NCBI GenBank assembly: GCA_016839585.1
Contig: JAEOTZ010000073.1
Location: 1 to 63,713, forward strand
Direction of reading: 5' to 3'
Origin: Promethearchaeota archaeon
Lineage (GTDB): Archaea; Asgardarchaeota; Lokiarchaeia; Sigyniarchaeales; SOKP01
Length of the DNA: 63,713 nt
The notes below the pieces were generated by a model. That model did no database searches, was not told the DNA's origin, and saw only the letters and a list, made by a program, of their open reading frames with translations. This document shows, piece after piece, positions 10,127 through 20,328 of the stretch. The number at the start of each line of letters is the position of its first letter. Positions within the stretch are counted from its first letter, which is position 1. Position numbers and translations under genes: made by a program.

Positions 10127-11308
10127 ATGGCTGAAAATAATAATTTATACTCACAATTGGGAGTTTCATCCAAAAAAGAAGATTTACACGAAGCAATTAA
10201 AGATGTTGATAAAGGAATTTTTCCAGGAGCTTTTTGCAAAATTGTTGAAGATATTGCAGGTAAAAAAGATTATTGTTCCATTTTCCATGAAGATGGAGCA
10301 GGCACAAAATCAAGTTTAGCATATATGTATTATCGGGAAACTGGGGATTTATCAGTTTTTAATGGTATAGTTCAGGATGCAATTGTTATGAATATTGATG
10401 ATATTTTGTGTGTAGGAGCTACAGGAAATATTTTTTTATCTAACACAATTGCAAGAAATGCTAAATTTATTACTGGGGATATAATTTCAACTATTATTAA
10501 GGAATATGAATCCTATAGTAAAAAATTATCATCACTCGGTTTAAAAATAATAACTTGTGGTGGAGAAACAGAAGATTTAGGAGATCTAGTTAAAACTTTA
10601 TCACTTTTTGCTTCAATTTTTACCAGAATGAAAAAGGAAGATGTAATTGATGCTAATAATATCAGTAAATCCGATATAATAATAGGTTTGGCTGGTTTTG
10701 GGAAAGCATCTTATGAAGATGAATACAATACCGGGATTGGAAGTAATGGATTAACCTTAGCAAGACATGGAACACTTAATCATGATTATTATAAGAAATA
10801 TCCAGAATGCTATGATCAAAATACTGATAAGGATCTGATTTTTTTTGGTAGGTATAAGTTAACTGATATGATAAACGAGATTAATTTAACAGTAGGAAAG
10901 GCTCTCTTATCTCCAACAAGAACTTATGCGCCTGTATTAATAGAAGTTTTAAAGAACTATAGAAAAGATATTCATGGTATAATTCATAATACTGGTGGAG
11001 GACAAACCAAAAGTCTAAATTTTGGTAAAAATATAAAATATGTGAAGAATAATCTCTTTCCTCTTCCTAAAATTTTTCAAATAATTCAACAATCTTCTGA
11101 GACTAATTGGAAAGAAATGTATAGTGTGTTTAATATGGGTCATAGATTGGAATTGTATTGCGATGAGTCAATAGCAAAAGAGATTATTAATATTGCTAAA
11201 AAGTTTGATATTGAAGGGAAGATTATCGGACAATGTGAAAAATCCCCTATAACAGATAAAAATATTATTGAAATACAATCCAAATTTGGCTCTTTTAATT
11301 ATAGTTAA
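10127..11308 (+). CDS. purM: AIR synthetase (phosphoribosylformylglycinamidine cyclo-ligase)
   Basis: DGAGTKS, MNIDD, GGET, SNGLTLAR, HNTGGG, FNMG. Confidence 0.9.
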   Translation: MAENNNLYSQLGVSSKKEDLHEAIKDVDKGIFPGAFCKIVEDIAGKKDYCSIFHEDGAGTKSSLAYMYYRETGDLSVFNGIVQDAIVMNIDDILCVGATGNIFLSNTIARNAKFITGDIISTIIKEYESYSKKLSSLGLKIITCGGETEDLGDLVKTLSLFASIFTRMKKEDVIDANNISKSDIIIGLAGFGKASYEDEYNTGIGSNGLTLARHGTLNHDYYKKYPECYDQNTDKDLIFFGRYKLTDMINEINLTVGKALLSPTRTYAPVLIEVLKNYRKDIHGIIHNTGGGQTKSLNFGKNIKYVKNNLFPLPKIFQIIQQSSETNWKEMYSVFNMGHRLELYCDESIAKEIINIAKKFDIEGKIIGQCEKSPITDKNIIEIQSKFGSFNYS

Positions 11309-11320
11309 CACTACTATTTT

Positions 11321-12274
11321 ATGACTGAATTTGATGTAATATGTATAGGAGCAGCTTTAGTAGATATAGTTGCTCAAGTTGAAAGATATCCAGCAGAAGA
11401 CGATGAAGTCTATGTGTCAGATTTAAGATTATTATCTGGAGGTGCTGCTGCAAATACGGCTTATGCATGTGCTAAAATGGGTTTGTTAACGGCTTTTCTT
11501 GGAAAGTTGGGTCTTAATGATACATTCGGTAATAAAATAATAAAAGATTTTAGCGAAGTTAAAGTAGTAACAACATTAATTAAATATTCAAATAAATATG
11601 GCACTGGATCTGCTTATGTAGCTCTAAATCGAGAAGGTGATCGGAGAATATATGCGTATAGTGGTGCAGCTAATTACCTTTCTAGAGATAACATTATAGA
11701 AGGAGAAATATCCTCAACAAAAGCAATCTTTTTAAGCAGTTTAAAAAATTTGGAACCATTTATTAAGGCAGCAAAGATTGGGAGAAAAAATAAGATTCCT
11801 GTAATATTAAATCCAGGTATGTTAATAATTGACCAAGGCCTTGAAAATATAAAAATATTACTTGAATATATTGATATTCTTATTTTATCTCAGAAAGAGT
11901 TTTCGACCCTTATGAACATCCAAGAACGTGAGTTAAACTTAAAAACTATTGAGGGAACCATGAAAAAACTTATCAGGTTAGGCATTAAAGTCATCATAGT
12001 TACAAGAGGTGAGATTGGAGCTTTATTATATACAAATCTCGATTTTGGATTAATACCTTCTATTAAAGTTAAACACGTAGTAGATACAACTGGTGCTGGT
12101 GATGCTTTTTCTGCTGGTTTTATTTATGGTTTTGTTCAGAATTTAAGTTTTGAGTTTGAAGCTCTTAAAAAAAATGTAAAAATTGGAAATTTCATTGCTG
12201 AAAAATGTATACAGAAATTAGGAGCAAGAAATGGAATCCCTTTTAGAGAAGAATTGAAATTAGTTTTTCCCTAA
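11321..12274 (+). CDS. PfkB/ribokinase family carbohydrate kinase
   Basis: GGAAAN and DTTGAGDAF signatures. Confidence 0.92.
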   Translation: MTEFDVICIGAALVDIVAQVERYPAEDDEVYVSDLRLLSGGAAANTAYACAKMGLLTAFLGKLGLNDTFGNKIIKDFSEVKVVTTLIKYSNKYGTGSAYVALNREGDRRIYAYSGAANYLSRDNIIEGEISSTKAIFLSSLKNLEPFIKAAKIGRKNKIPVILNPGMLIIDQGLENIKILLEYIDILILSQKEFSTLMNIQERELNLKTIEGTMKKLIRLGIKVIIVTRGEIGALLYTNLDFGLIPSIKVKHVVDTTGAGDAFSAGFIYGFVQNLSFEFEALKKNVKIGNFIAEKCIQKLGARNGIPFREELKLVFP

Positions 12275-12349
12275 ATATAAATAATAAAGTTTTTAATTTT
12301 ATAATTTAATAATTTTTTATTCAAGTATAATACTTTAAAATGATAGTTA

Positions 12350-13420
12350 ATGGGGAAACCAATATATAAAAAGAAGAAAACTATTCTTAAAGAAAGATTT
12401 AGATTTCTTTTTGTAGAAGTTTTTTGGTATTTTATGATTATTTTTGGATTAATCTTTCTTTCTTTAGCTTCATTAGAGTTCTTTGCGGATAAAAATTCCG
12501 TTTCTTATGGGATTATATTTTATATTGAACGAGCTATATTGATATTTATTGCAGTACCGATTACTTTTTTCATTTCTAAGTTTCTATCACAACCTCATAA
12601 AAGAGAGATTATTATTGAAGAGGATATTTCTCCATTCAAAGGATTTTTTATGCTATATAAAGTAACTAAAAAGAATTATAAATTTCAATTTTTGTATGGC
12701 TTTTTAATATATTTTCTGGTATTTTTACCCTTAGATATTTTTACCTACCTTTTAATACCTGATATGGTTAGCTATCAAGCTTTTTCTTTAGGTTCTAACG
12801 CATCAAACTCTTATTTATTTAGAGACTATTTTACATTTTTAATATCTGTCATTATAATTCAATTATGTGTTTCTTTTACAGAAGAAACAATTTTTAGAGG
12901 TTTTATTACTAAATCGGGGAGTGAACATATAAATGGAATATCTGCTGTTATAATAGCTTCTCTTGCTTGGGGATTAGGTCATTTTGCTTATTATTTTGAT
13001 CCTATAAGTGAAGCTTATCCATTTTGGTATCCCTTCATTTGGTTTACACAAGCATCCATAATAGGAATAATTCTTTCCCTTCTCGTTTTAAGAAGGAAAT
13101 GGATATTTCCAGTAATTCTCGCACATGCTTTAAATAATATAATTTCAGCACATACCTTGTGGAATTTTTTTGATGGAAATGATTTTGCTACTATTGTTTT
13201 ATTTCTTTATTATCCATTGCTAATTATAGGTATTATATTATTTATTTGGCAATTTCCAAGAATTAAAGAAAGTGTATCAATAGGATTCAAATTACTAAAA
13301 ACATATTTCAAAAGTGATAGGGAATATTCGGAATCTCTTGGTGATAAGTTATTTATAATCTTCATAGATTTGTTGATAGGTATAATTGTTTTTTTAGTGG
13401 GTTTTATGATTTTAATATAA
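12350..13420 (+). CDS. CPBP (CAAX/Abi) intramembrane metalloprotease
   Basis: Multi-TM; EETIFRG, WGLGH, HALNN. Confidence 0.88.
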   Translation: MGKPIYKKKKTILKERFRFLFVEVFWYFMIIFGLIFLSLASLEFFADKNSVSYGIIFYIERAILIFIAVPITFFISKFLSQPHKREIIIEEDISPFKGFFMLYKVTKKNYKFQFLYGFLIYFLVFLPLDIFTYLLIPDMVSYQAFSLGSNASNSYLFRDYFTFLISVIIIQLCVSFTEETIFRGFITKSGSEHINGISAVIIASLAWGLGHFAYYFDPISEAYPFWYPFIWFTQASIIGIILSLLVLRRKWIFPVILAHALNNIISAHTLWNFFDGNDFATIVLFLYYPLLIIGIILFIWQFPRIKESVSIGFKLLKTYFKSDREYSESLGDKLFIIFIDLLIGIIVFLVGFMILI

Positions 13421-13435
13421 AGGAGTGATATTTCT

Positions 13436-13972
13436 ATGAAAATTGGGATTTTAGCTGATACTCATATTACAATTAAAGATGACCCCCAGAAACTTGAGTT
13501 GTTAATATCCCAATTAAACCAGATATTTAAGGATGTAGATGAAATAATCCATGCTGGTGATCTATGTGAAAAATTTTTTTTAGAGGAACTTAATAAAATT
13601 GCTCCAACGAAATGTGTTAAGGGAAATTTGGACAAAATTGAGGATTTAGAAGATTTTATTAAATTTTCAGTTGGTTGTTATAATATAGGAGTAATCCATC
13701 AATTACCCCAAAATCTTGAAGAATTTATTAGAAAACACGATCTAAATGTATTAATTCATGGTCATGATCATCAACCGATCATAGAAGGTACATCCTATAA
13801 TACACTTCTTTTAAATCCGGGTTCACCAACAAAACCAAAAGCACCTCCTCCAAAAGCGGGATTTGAACCACCAATTGCAAGACCAAGCGTGTTAATTTTA
13901 AATATCGATGAGAATGATATTATATCAACATTTATAATAAATTTAGATAGTATAAAAAAACAAATAAGTTAA
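13436..13972 (+). CDS. YfcE/Vps29-like metallophosphoesterase
   Basis: ADTH, HAGD, GNLD, HGHDH, LNPGS. Confidence 0.9.
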   Translation: MKIGILADTHITIKDDPQKLELLISQLNQIFKDVDEIIHAGDLCEKFFLEELNKIAPTKCVKGNLDKIEDLEDFIKFSVGCYNIGVIHQLPQNLEEFIRKHDLNVLIHGHDHQPIIEGTSYNTLLLNPGSPTKPKAPPPKAGFEPPIARPSVLILNIDENDIISTFIINLDSIKKQIS

Positions 13973-14093
13973 AAATAAATATAAAATAGTTCATATTATT
14001 CATAAAAAGATACTTTATGAAAGAGAATCTTAGAATAATTCTCAGTTTTTCTTTTAGAATAATTTTAAATACTATAAAAGAGAGTGTATTAAT

Positions 14094-14492
14094 TTGGTTA
14101 GTAGATTGGAAATGGTTCTGAAGGAACTTAATGAAAATGGTAATTTTCGAGCATCTTTATTCTCCACATCAGCAGGATTAGTTTTAGCATCTCAAAAAGC
14201 TGAGGATGTTGATGAAAGAGTAATCGCTGCTATGGGTTCCCTATTAAGCGATGCAGCGTATAAAGCTGCTGAAGAAATGAATTTATCAGAAGTCCAAAGT
14301 ATGAAAATTAAATATAAAGATGATTATATTATCTGTCGAAATATTATTATTGAAGACAGTAACACACAATTTATATTAGCAGTATTGAGTGTATTACCAG
14401 ATTCTGATGATGTTGAGAAATATTATGACCAATTGCTTGATTGGGCTGTAGATAATAGCTCTTCAGACCTTGAAAAGTTATCGACAATCTAA
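14094..14492 (+). CDS. Roadblock/LC7 domain protein
   Basis: GLVLAS...IAAM pattern, 132 aa. Confidence 0.8.
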   Translation: MVSRLEMVLKELNENGNFRASLFSTSAGLVLASQKAEDVDERVIAAMGSLLSDAAYKAAEEMNLSEVQSMKIKYKDDYIICRNIIIEDSNTQFILAVLSVLPDSDDVEKYYDQLLDWAVDNSSSDLEKLSTI

Positions 14493-14528
14493 TAATTAAA
14501 TTTTCTTTTATATAAGATTTTATAATTT

Positions 14529-15167
14529 TTATTTTATAGATTGGTAAAATTTGAAAACTTTCTCAGAAATTTGGTCCTCATAACCCCAATAAAAATGGTC
14601 TGCTCCTGAAATAATTTCATATTGCTTAGGTTCAATATAATACTTATAATGGTCAAAAAAGTTATCAAATGAGGCAACATTATCTCTGTCTCCTTGAAGA
14701 AAAAATTTAGGTTTTTCTGATTGGGAGAGTTTCTTGTAATTAATTCCCATAAAATCCCAGGGAAAAGAGATAGCAATATAACCTATTACTTTATCTGAAT
14801 GATTTACAGTAGAACAACCTATTGCAGCACCATAAGAATAACCACAAATAATAATTTTTTTAAAATATTTCTCATTTACTAAAAAATTGATACAAGCTTT
14901 GACATCACTTAATTCTCCTCTTCCATTAGAATGAGTACCTGTTGATCTTCCAACAGCTCGGAAATTAAACCTGATACACGAAATTTCATTTTTAATGAAA
15001 ATATTAAAAATTGCAGATACAACATTATTAAACATATCCCCCCCAAATTTAGGGTGGGGGTGACAGATTAAAACTACATGCTTATCTTTATTTAATTTTG
15101 ATTGAAAGTATTCTGTTTCGAGTTTTATCTCATTATTTGAGATAAATATTTTTTCAATTTCTACCAT
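14529..15167 (-). CDS. Alpha/beta hydrolase
   Basis: HPHPKFGG, GYSYG nucleophile elbow, GDRD, ADHF. Confidence 0.9.
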   Translation of the reverse strand: MVEIEKIFISNNEIKLETEYFQSKLNKDKHVVLICHPHPKFGGDMFNNVVSAIFNIFIKNEISCIRFNFRAVGRSTGTHSNGRGELSDVKACINFLVNEKYFKKIIICGYSYGAAIGCSTVNHSDKVIGYIAISFPWDFMGINYKKLSQSEKPKFFLQGDRDNVASFDNFFDHYKYYIEPKQYEIISGADHFYWGYEDQISEKVFKFYQSIK

Positions 15168-15224
15168 AATTTTATTTAATTTTTTATCTATAATAATAAT
15201 ACTACTTATACTTCCGCGATAAAA

Positions 15225-16079
15225 ATGAGTTATAACAAAATTATAATAGAAAAAAAAATTAGGGAATTTCTAATAGAAGACTGTAATTATATTGACGTAA
15301 GTTCAAAATTTATCGATAAAGAAGCTCAAACTTCTTCAAAAATTATAGTGAAAAGTGATGGATATGTTTCGGGCTTAGAAGAATTAAAAATTTTATATGA
15401 TCTTTTGAAAGTAACTACAAATTTATTAAAAAAGGATGCAGATGAGGTTAAAAAAGGGGATATCATTGTAGCATTAAAAGGAAAAATAAAAGATATACTT
15501 TTTGGAGAGAGAGTAGGCTTAAATCTTATTACCCATATGAGCTCTATAACATCAACAGTAAGAGATTTTGTTAAAAAAGTCAAAGATTCTGGTAAAAATG
15601 TTAAAATAGCATGTACTCGTAAAACAATTCCAGGAATGAGGATTTTTGAGAAAAAAGCAGCTGAATATGGACAGGGAGATCCACATAGATTTTCCCTAGA
15701 TGATATGATTTTACTAAAGGATACTCATTTGAGATATTATAATGGAAATGTTGAAAAAATTCTAAAAGATGTAAAAAAATTAGCCAGTTTTACTAAAAAA
15801 ATTGAGATCGAAGTTGAAAAAGTTAATGATGTTCTTATTGCGGCCGAGAATGGAGCAGATATAATTATGTTAGATAATATGAGCCCTGATATGGTTGAAG
15901 ATGCTATAAATTTGCTAAAAATAAATAATTTACGAGAGAGTGTACTTATAGAAATTTCAGGGGGTATAACTTTAGAAAATATTATTGATTATTTAATATC
16001 AGAACCAGATATAATAAGCATAGGTGAATTAACGCAATTCCCATCGCATAAAATGGATTTTTCCCTTCGATTTGATTAA
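15225..16079 (+). CDS. nadC: Quinolinate phosphoribosyltransferase
   Basis: TRKTIPG, HRFSL, EIEVE, MLDN, SGGI. Confidence 0.95.
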   Translation: MSYNKIIIEKKIREFLIEDCNYIDVSSKFIDKEAQTSSKIIVKSDGYVSGLEELKILYDLLKVTTNLLKKDADEVKKGDIIVALKGKIKDILFGERVGLNLITHMSSITSTVRDFVKKVKDSGKNVKIACTRKTIPGMRIFEKKAAEYGQGDPHRFSLDDMILLKDTHLRYYNGNVEKILKDVKKLASFTKKIEIEVEKVNDVLIAAENGADIIMLDNMSPDMVEDAINLLKINNLRESVLIEISGGITLENIIDYLISEPDIISIGELTQFPSHKMDFSLRFD

Positions 16080-16086
16080 AAAAATT

Positions 16087-16479
16087 TTAATCTATAATAA
16101 TTTCACGGATAGAACAGATAACATCTTTTATTTTAGCTAATTGCTTATACAAATCCTTAATTAACTCAATTTCTCCTACGAGTAAGATTAATTCTATCTT
16201 CTTTTCTGCGATTCGCCAATCTGTTATTGTTTTAATAATTTGATGGAATTTTGAGCATAAATCAGAGATCTGATCGATAATTACACTTTTAAAAGGATAG
16301 ACTAGATTTATAGCCATAATTTTGTATCCCTTTAAATTTTCAAATTTTTCATGCTTTTCGATAAAGTTTATTATTGAATCTCTTAATGCTTCACTTTTAG
16401 AATTAAATCCACTTAAGTTTCGAACTTTTTCAAATCTATCTAATAAATCATCACTAATTTGTAATGATATTATTGGCAT
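16087..16479 (-). CDS. NikR/CopG-like ribbon-helix-helix regulator with ACT-like domain
   Basis: IISLQI...SKSEALRD; NikR-like length. Confidence 0.75.
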   Translation of the reverse strand: MPIISLQISDDLLDRFEKVRNLSGFNSKSEALRDSIINFIEKHEKFENLKGYKIMAINLVYPFKSVIIDQISDLCSKFHQIIKTITDWRIAEKKIELILLVGEIELIKDLYKQLAKIKDVICSIREIIID

Positions 16480-16547
16480 TATAATATTTATTAAAGAAGA
16501 GTTTATAAAAAAATTTATTTTAGATTTTGGAAAATTTATTTCACATT

Positions 16548-17381
16548 TTAGAAAAAGTTATGTATAAACTCTATACTTTGAGTCAATTCTTTTGCTGAGG
16601 ACAATTCAATAATTAATGCCCCTGTATAATTATAACTCTTTATTATTTCAAAAATTTCATCAAAATTGACCTTTCCTGTTCCTAGTGGTGGATGTGTATC
16701 TGATTTTTTACTGAAATTGTCTACGAGATGAATATTTTTTATTTTACTATGAAATTTTTCCCATAGTAGTTTTACATTCCCATCACAGGTGTAAAAATGG
16801 CTTGTATCATAGGTAAGAAATAGATTAGATTGATGGATCTTAGAAAATATATCTTCAATGTTGTTTTCATCCAACATTATATAACAATTCTTTGGCATAT
16901 TCTCAATACAAACAGTTATATCAATTCCATTTGTGAATTCTAATAAGCTTTTTACTGATTGAGCTAGTTGCATTTTATTAAATTCTCTAATAGAATTTAT
17001 TAGAAAATTAGCTAGACCTGGATGAATTGTCATTATTTTTGCTCTAACTTTTTTACAGATTTTTGCAGTATTGCAATAAGTTTCTATAGATGCTTTAGAG
17101 ATATCATAATTATGCGAGCATAAATTTACATCAATGAAAGGTCCGTGGATTTGCTTTTTTATTGAATAAGAATTGATTATATCAATATACTTTTGTTGGT
17201 TTGTACTATTAAATATTTCAGGAGGATCTAATACCAGTTCTACAACTTTAATATTATTTTCTTCAGCAAATTTAAGGCAATCCTCGGAAGCTTTAAGTAA
17301 TAAGTCAAACAAGTTCTCAAACTTACCTAAAAGTCCATATTCGATTATGTGCCCTAATGAACTTATACCTAATTCTTGCAT
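16548..17381 (-). CDS. Sugar phosphate isomerase/epimerase (xylose isomerase-like TIM barrel)
   Basis: HGPF, HPG, IENM, DTSH, HLVD, HPPLGTG. Confidence 0.85.
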   Translation of the reverse strand: MQELGISSLGHIIEYGLLGKFENLFDLLLKASEDCLKFAEENNIKVVELVLDPPEIFNSTNQQKYIDIINSYSIKKQIHGPFIDVNLCSHNYDISKASIETYCNTAKICKKVRAKIMTIHPGLANFLINSIREFNKMQLAQSVKSLLEFTNGIDITVCIENMPKNCYIMLDENNIEDIFSKIHQSNLFLTYDTSHFYTCDGNVKLLWEKFHSKIKNIHLVDNFSKKSDTHPPLGTGKVNFDEIFEIIKSYNYTGALIIELSSAKELTQSIEFIHNFF

Positions 17382-17403
17382 TCCTAATCAATTTCATAAA
17401 TTT

Positions 17404-18087
17404 TTAAGATTTTTTCTTTCGCATACTACGAGGATAATTCGCAAATAAACTCTCAAAGTGCTTTTGGAACCTTTCAGCATGTTCTTTAGAAATAATTTTA
17501 GGTTCTCCTATTTGTAATGCACCCCAATACATTTTTGCAAGCTTTTCTACCAATTCAGCAAATTTTACTGCATGTCCTAAAGATTTACCACAAATAATTA
17601 CTCCGTGATTAGCTAATAACGCAGCGTTTTTAATATCTAAAGCTTGAAGTGCTGTTTCTCCTATCTCATCTGTGTGAGCTTTTCCAAATGGAGCAACATC
17701 AACAGAACCTCCTAAAAAAACAACTTGCTCTTCCATTATGATTGGTATATTTTTTCTTACAATAGATAGTATTGTAGCAAAAGTCGAATGTGTATGAATT
17801 ACGCATTGGACTTTTGGTCGTGATTTATAAATAGCTATATGAAGCTTTATTTCAGTTGATGGGAGTTTTTTAGCACTTATTGTTGTACCATCAAGACTCA
17901 TATGAACGATATCTTCTATTTTTAAAGATTCATATTGATTAAAAGATGGAGTGATGAAAAATTCATCTTTTTTTACATTTCTTACGCTTATATTTCCTTC
18001 TCCAGCCTCAACTAACCCTTTAGCGAAAATTGCTTTTGCCCCTTCAACTAATTCTGACCTAAGTTGATCTTCCTTACTTATTACCAT
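17404..18087 (-). CDS. Class II aldolase/adducin family (FucA-like)
   Basis: GNIS, PSTE..LH, HTHS, LANHG. Confidence 0.9.
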   Translation of the reverse strand: MVISKEDQLRSELVEGAKAIFAKGLVEAGEGNISVRNVKKDEFFITPSFNQYESLKIEDIVHMSLDGTTISAKKLPSTEIKLHIAIYKSRPKVQCVIHTHSTFATILSIVRKNIPIIMEEQVVFLGGSVDVAPFGKAHTDEIGETALQALDIKNAALLANHGVIICGKSLGHAVKFAELVEKLAKMYWGALQIGEPKIISKEHAERFQKHFESLFANYPRSMRKKKS

Positions 18088-18278
18088 AAATATTATAATT
18101 AAAACTGAGTTAAAAATATATTTTGAAATTTTAAAGAGGATGTTTCGTTATGGTTTGGATTATTAGATATACTTTAAAAATTTTTAATAGTCTTTATCTT
18201 TAAATCTATTCTGATAATACCTAAATTGTCATATATTTATTAGATGTTTGAAAGATTTTAATTTTTTAATAGAAAACA

Positions 18279-19370
18279 ATGACTAATATAATATTACATT
18301 GCGACGTAGATTGCTTTTTTGCTGCTGTTGAGATTAGGGATAATCCAGAATATAGAGGAAAACCAGTGATTATCGGAGCAGATCCAAAAGAAGGTAAAGG
18401 GAGAGGTGTAGTATCAACATGTTCATATGAAGCCCGTGAATTTGGACTTCATTCTGCTATGCCAATTTCCCAAGCATACAAATTTTGTCCACATGGTATA
18501 TATTTAAGACCTAACTCCAATAAATATAGAGCTTCTTCAGACAGGATACATGCTATTTTAAGAGGTTACGCTCCTGATCATTATCAAAAAGTTGGATCAG
18601 ATGAGGCTTATTTAGACGTTACGGATATTTGTACTAACTTTCAGGAAGCTAGAGATTTGGCTGATGAAATTAGAGAAGAAATACATAAAAAAGTTGGAAT
18701 TACAATTTCAATTGGTTGTGCTCATACAAAATCTCTAGCAAAAATAGCCTCAGATTATAATAAACCTAACGGCACAACCATTTTTACTCCATATAATTTC
18801 AAAGAATTATTAAATGACTTGGATATTACTCGGATTCCGGGTATAGGGAAAAAATCTAAGTTATATTTTAATAATAAAGGTATTAAAACGATTGGTGATA
18901 TAATTAGAACACCATTACATAAAATGATTGAACTTTTTGGAAAACATGGGAAATGGATTTGGAATATAGCTCATGGTATTGATAATAGAGAAGTAAAAGA
19001 ATTTAGTGGAGCAAGAAAATCAATCAGCAAAGAAAGGACTTTTTATGAGGATACAGATAACTTCCAAATCATTTTAGAAAAATTGGAAGAGATAAATAAC
19101 AGAATTCATAATACTTTAGAAAAAAATGATGTATTTTACCGTACTATAACATTAAAAATAAGATTTGAAGGATTTTTAACATATACTAGAGCAAAAACCC
19201 TTCCAATTCCGATAAGAGATAAAAATAAAGCATTAAACATTGTTTTAGTTTTATATAATGAATTTAAAGATAATAGTAAGAAAGTAAGATTAATAGGGAT
19301 AAAGTTTTCAAATTTTCAACAAAATTCAAAGATTAAACAAATGCGTTTAATTAACTTTGCAGTTTCTTGA
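18279..19370 (+). CDS. dinB: Y-family DNA polymerase IV
   Basis: DVDCFFAAVE, SYEAR, SDEAYLD, AKIASD..KPNG, RLIGI. Confidence 0.95.
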   Translation: MTNIILHCDVDCFFAAVEIRDNPEYRGKPVIIGADPKEGKGRGVVSTCSYEAREFGLHSAMPISQAYKFCPHGIYLRPNSNKYRASSDRIHAILRGYAPDHYQKVGSDEAYLDVTDICTNFQEARDLADEIREEIHKKVGITISIGCAHTKSLAKIASDYNKPNGTTIFTPYNFKELLNDLDITRIPGIGKKSKLYFNNKGIKTIGDIIRTPLHKMIELFGKHGKWIWNIAHGIDNREVKEFSGARKSISKERTFYEDTDNFQIILEKLEEINNRIHNTLEKNDVFYRTITLKIRFEGFLTYTRAKTLPIPIRDKNKALNIVLVLYNEFKDNSKKVRLIGIKFSNFQQNSKIKQMRLINFAVS

Positions 19371-20265
19371 GATGATTTACAACTTTATCATGAATGATAC
19401 CATTAGAAGCTATAACTGCTGGTTCACTCCACCTTAAAGCATCACCTTCAAACCAAATTGGTCTATTACTTGGATCAGTTACTTTTCCTCCTGCTTCTCT
19501 TACTATCAAATATCCTGGTAAAAAATCCCATGAAAAAGAATGTTCTAAATCAATTGGTTTAATATATAAATCAGCACTAGCATCAGCAATTTTACAGAAC
19601 TTTAGCATACTGTCTATTCTTATTAATTTATTAATTCCCACTTGTTTCGCAAATTCTAAAACCCATGGTTTGTTATAATGTAATGAAATACATAATACAG
19701 CATCTTTTAACGAATCTTGATTACTTACTTTTAATTTTTTAAATTTTTTCCCTCCATATGATGCATTAGCACCTATACCTTTTACTGCTGAAAAAATAGC
19801 TAATCCTTCATCATCATAATTTGGAACAGAAATGACACTTGTTTTAGGGTCAGATTCCTCCATAAAGCCAATTCCAATTGCATATGACAATCCCTTGACA
19901 TATCCTTGAGTTCCATCAATCGGATCTACTGTCCATTCTCTAGCAGAAGGTGAACCTCGATAATTTAAAGTTATTTTAATATCTTCCACTTTAATTTTTA
20001 ATTCATCAAAGCATTCATAAATAAGTTCTTCGGATTTTGTATTAATTAAGGACCCTTCTTCTTCAGCTAAAATATGATCTTCTGGGAATTTTGCTTTTAA
20101 ATTATGTATTATGTAAATTTGGGTAGCTAGATCTGCTAAAGTAACTGGTGACTGATCTCGTTTTTCAAATGATTTAAATCCTTTTTCTTTAAACCATTCT
20201 GGAATTTTATAAGCTTCTTTAACTAGATCAATAGCTAATTCAGATTCTTTATAGTACATATTCAT
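19351..20265 (-). CDS. Inositol monophosphatase family, HAL2/CysQ-like 3'(2'),5'-bisphosphate nucleotidase
   Basis: SPVTLAD, AEE, DPIDGT, WD...EAGG. Confidence 0.85.
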   Translation of the reverse strand: MNMYYKESELAIDLVKEAYKIPEWFKEKGFKSFEKRDQSPVTLADLATQIYIIHNLKAKFPEDHILAEEEGSLINTKSEELIYECFDELKIKVEDIKITLNYRGSPSAREWTVDPIDGTQGYVKGLSYAIGIGFMEESDPKTSVISVPNYDDEGLAIFSAVKGIGANASYGGKKFKKLKVSNQDSLKDAVLCISLHYNKPWVLEFAKQVGINKLIRIDSMLKFCKIADASADLYIKPIDLEHSFSWDFLPGYLIVREAGGKVTDPSNRPIWFEGDALRWSEPAVIASNGIIHDKVVNHLKKLQS

Positions 20266-20328
20266 ATTTCAAATAATGTAAAGTTCTAAAAAATTATTCT
20301 GATAGTGATTATTAATATTACTCAACTT

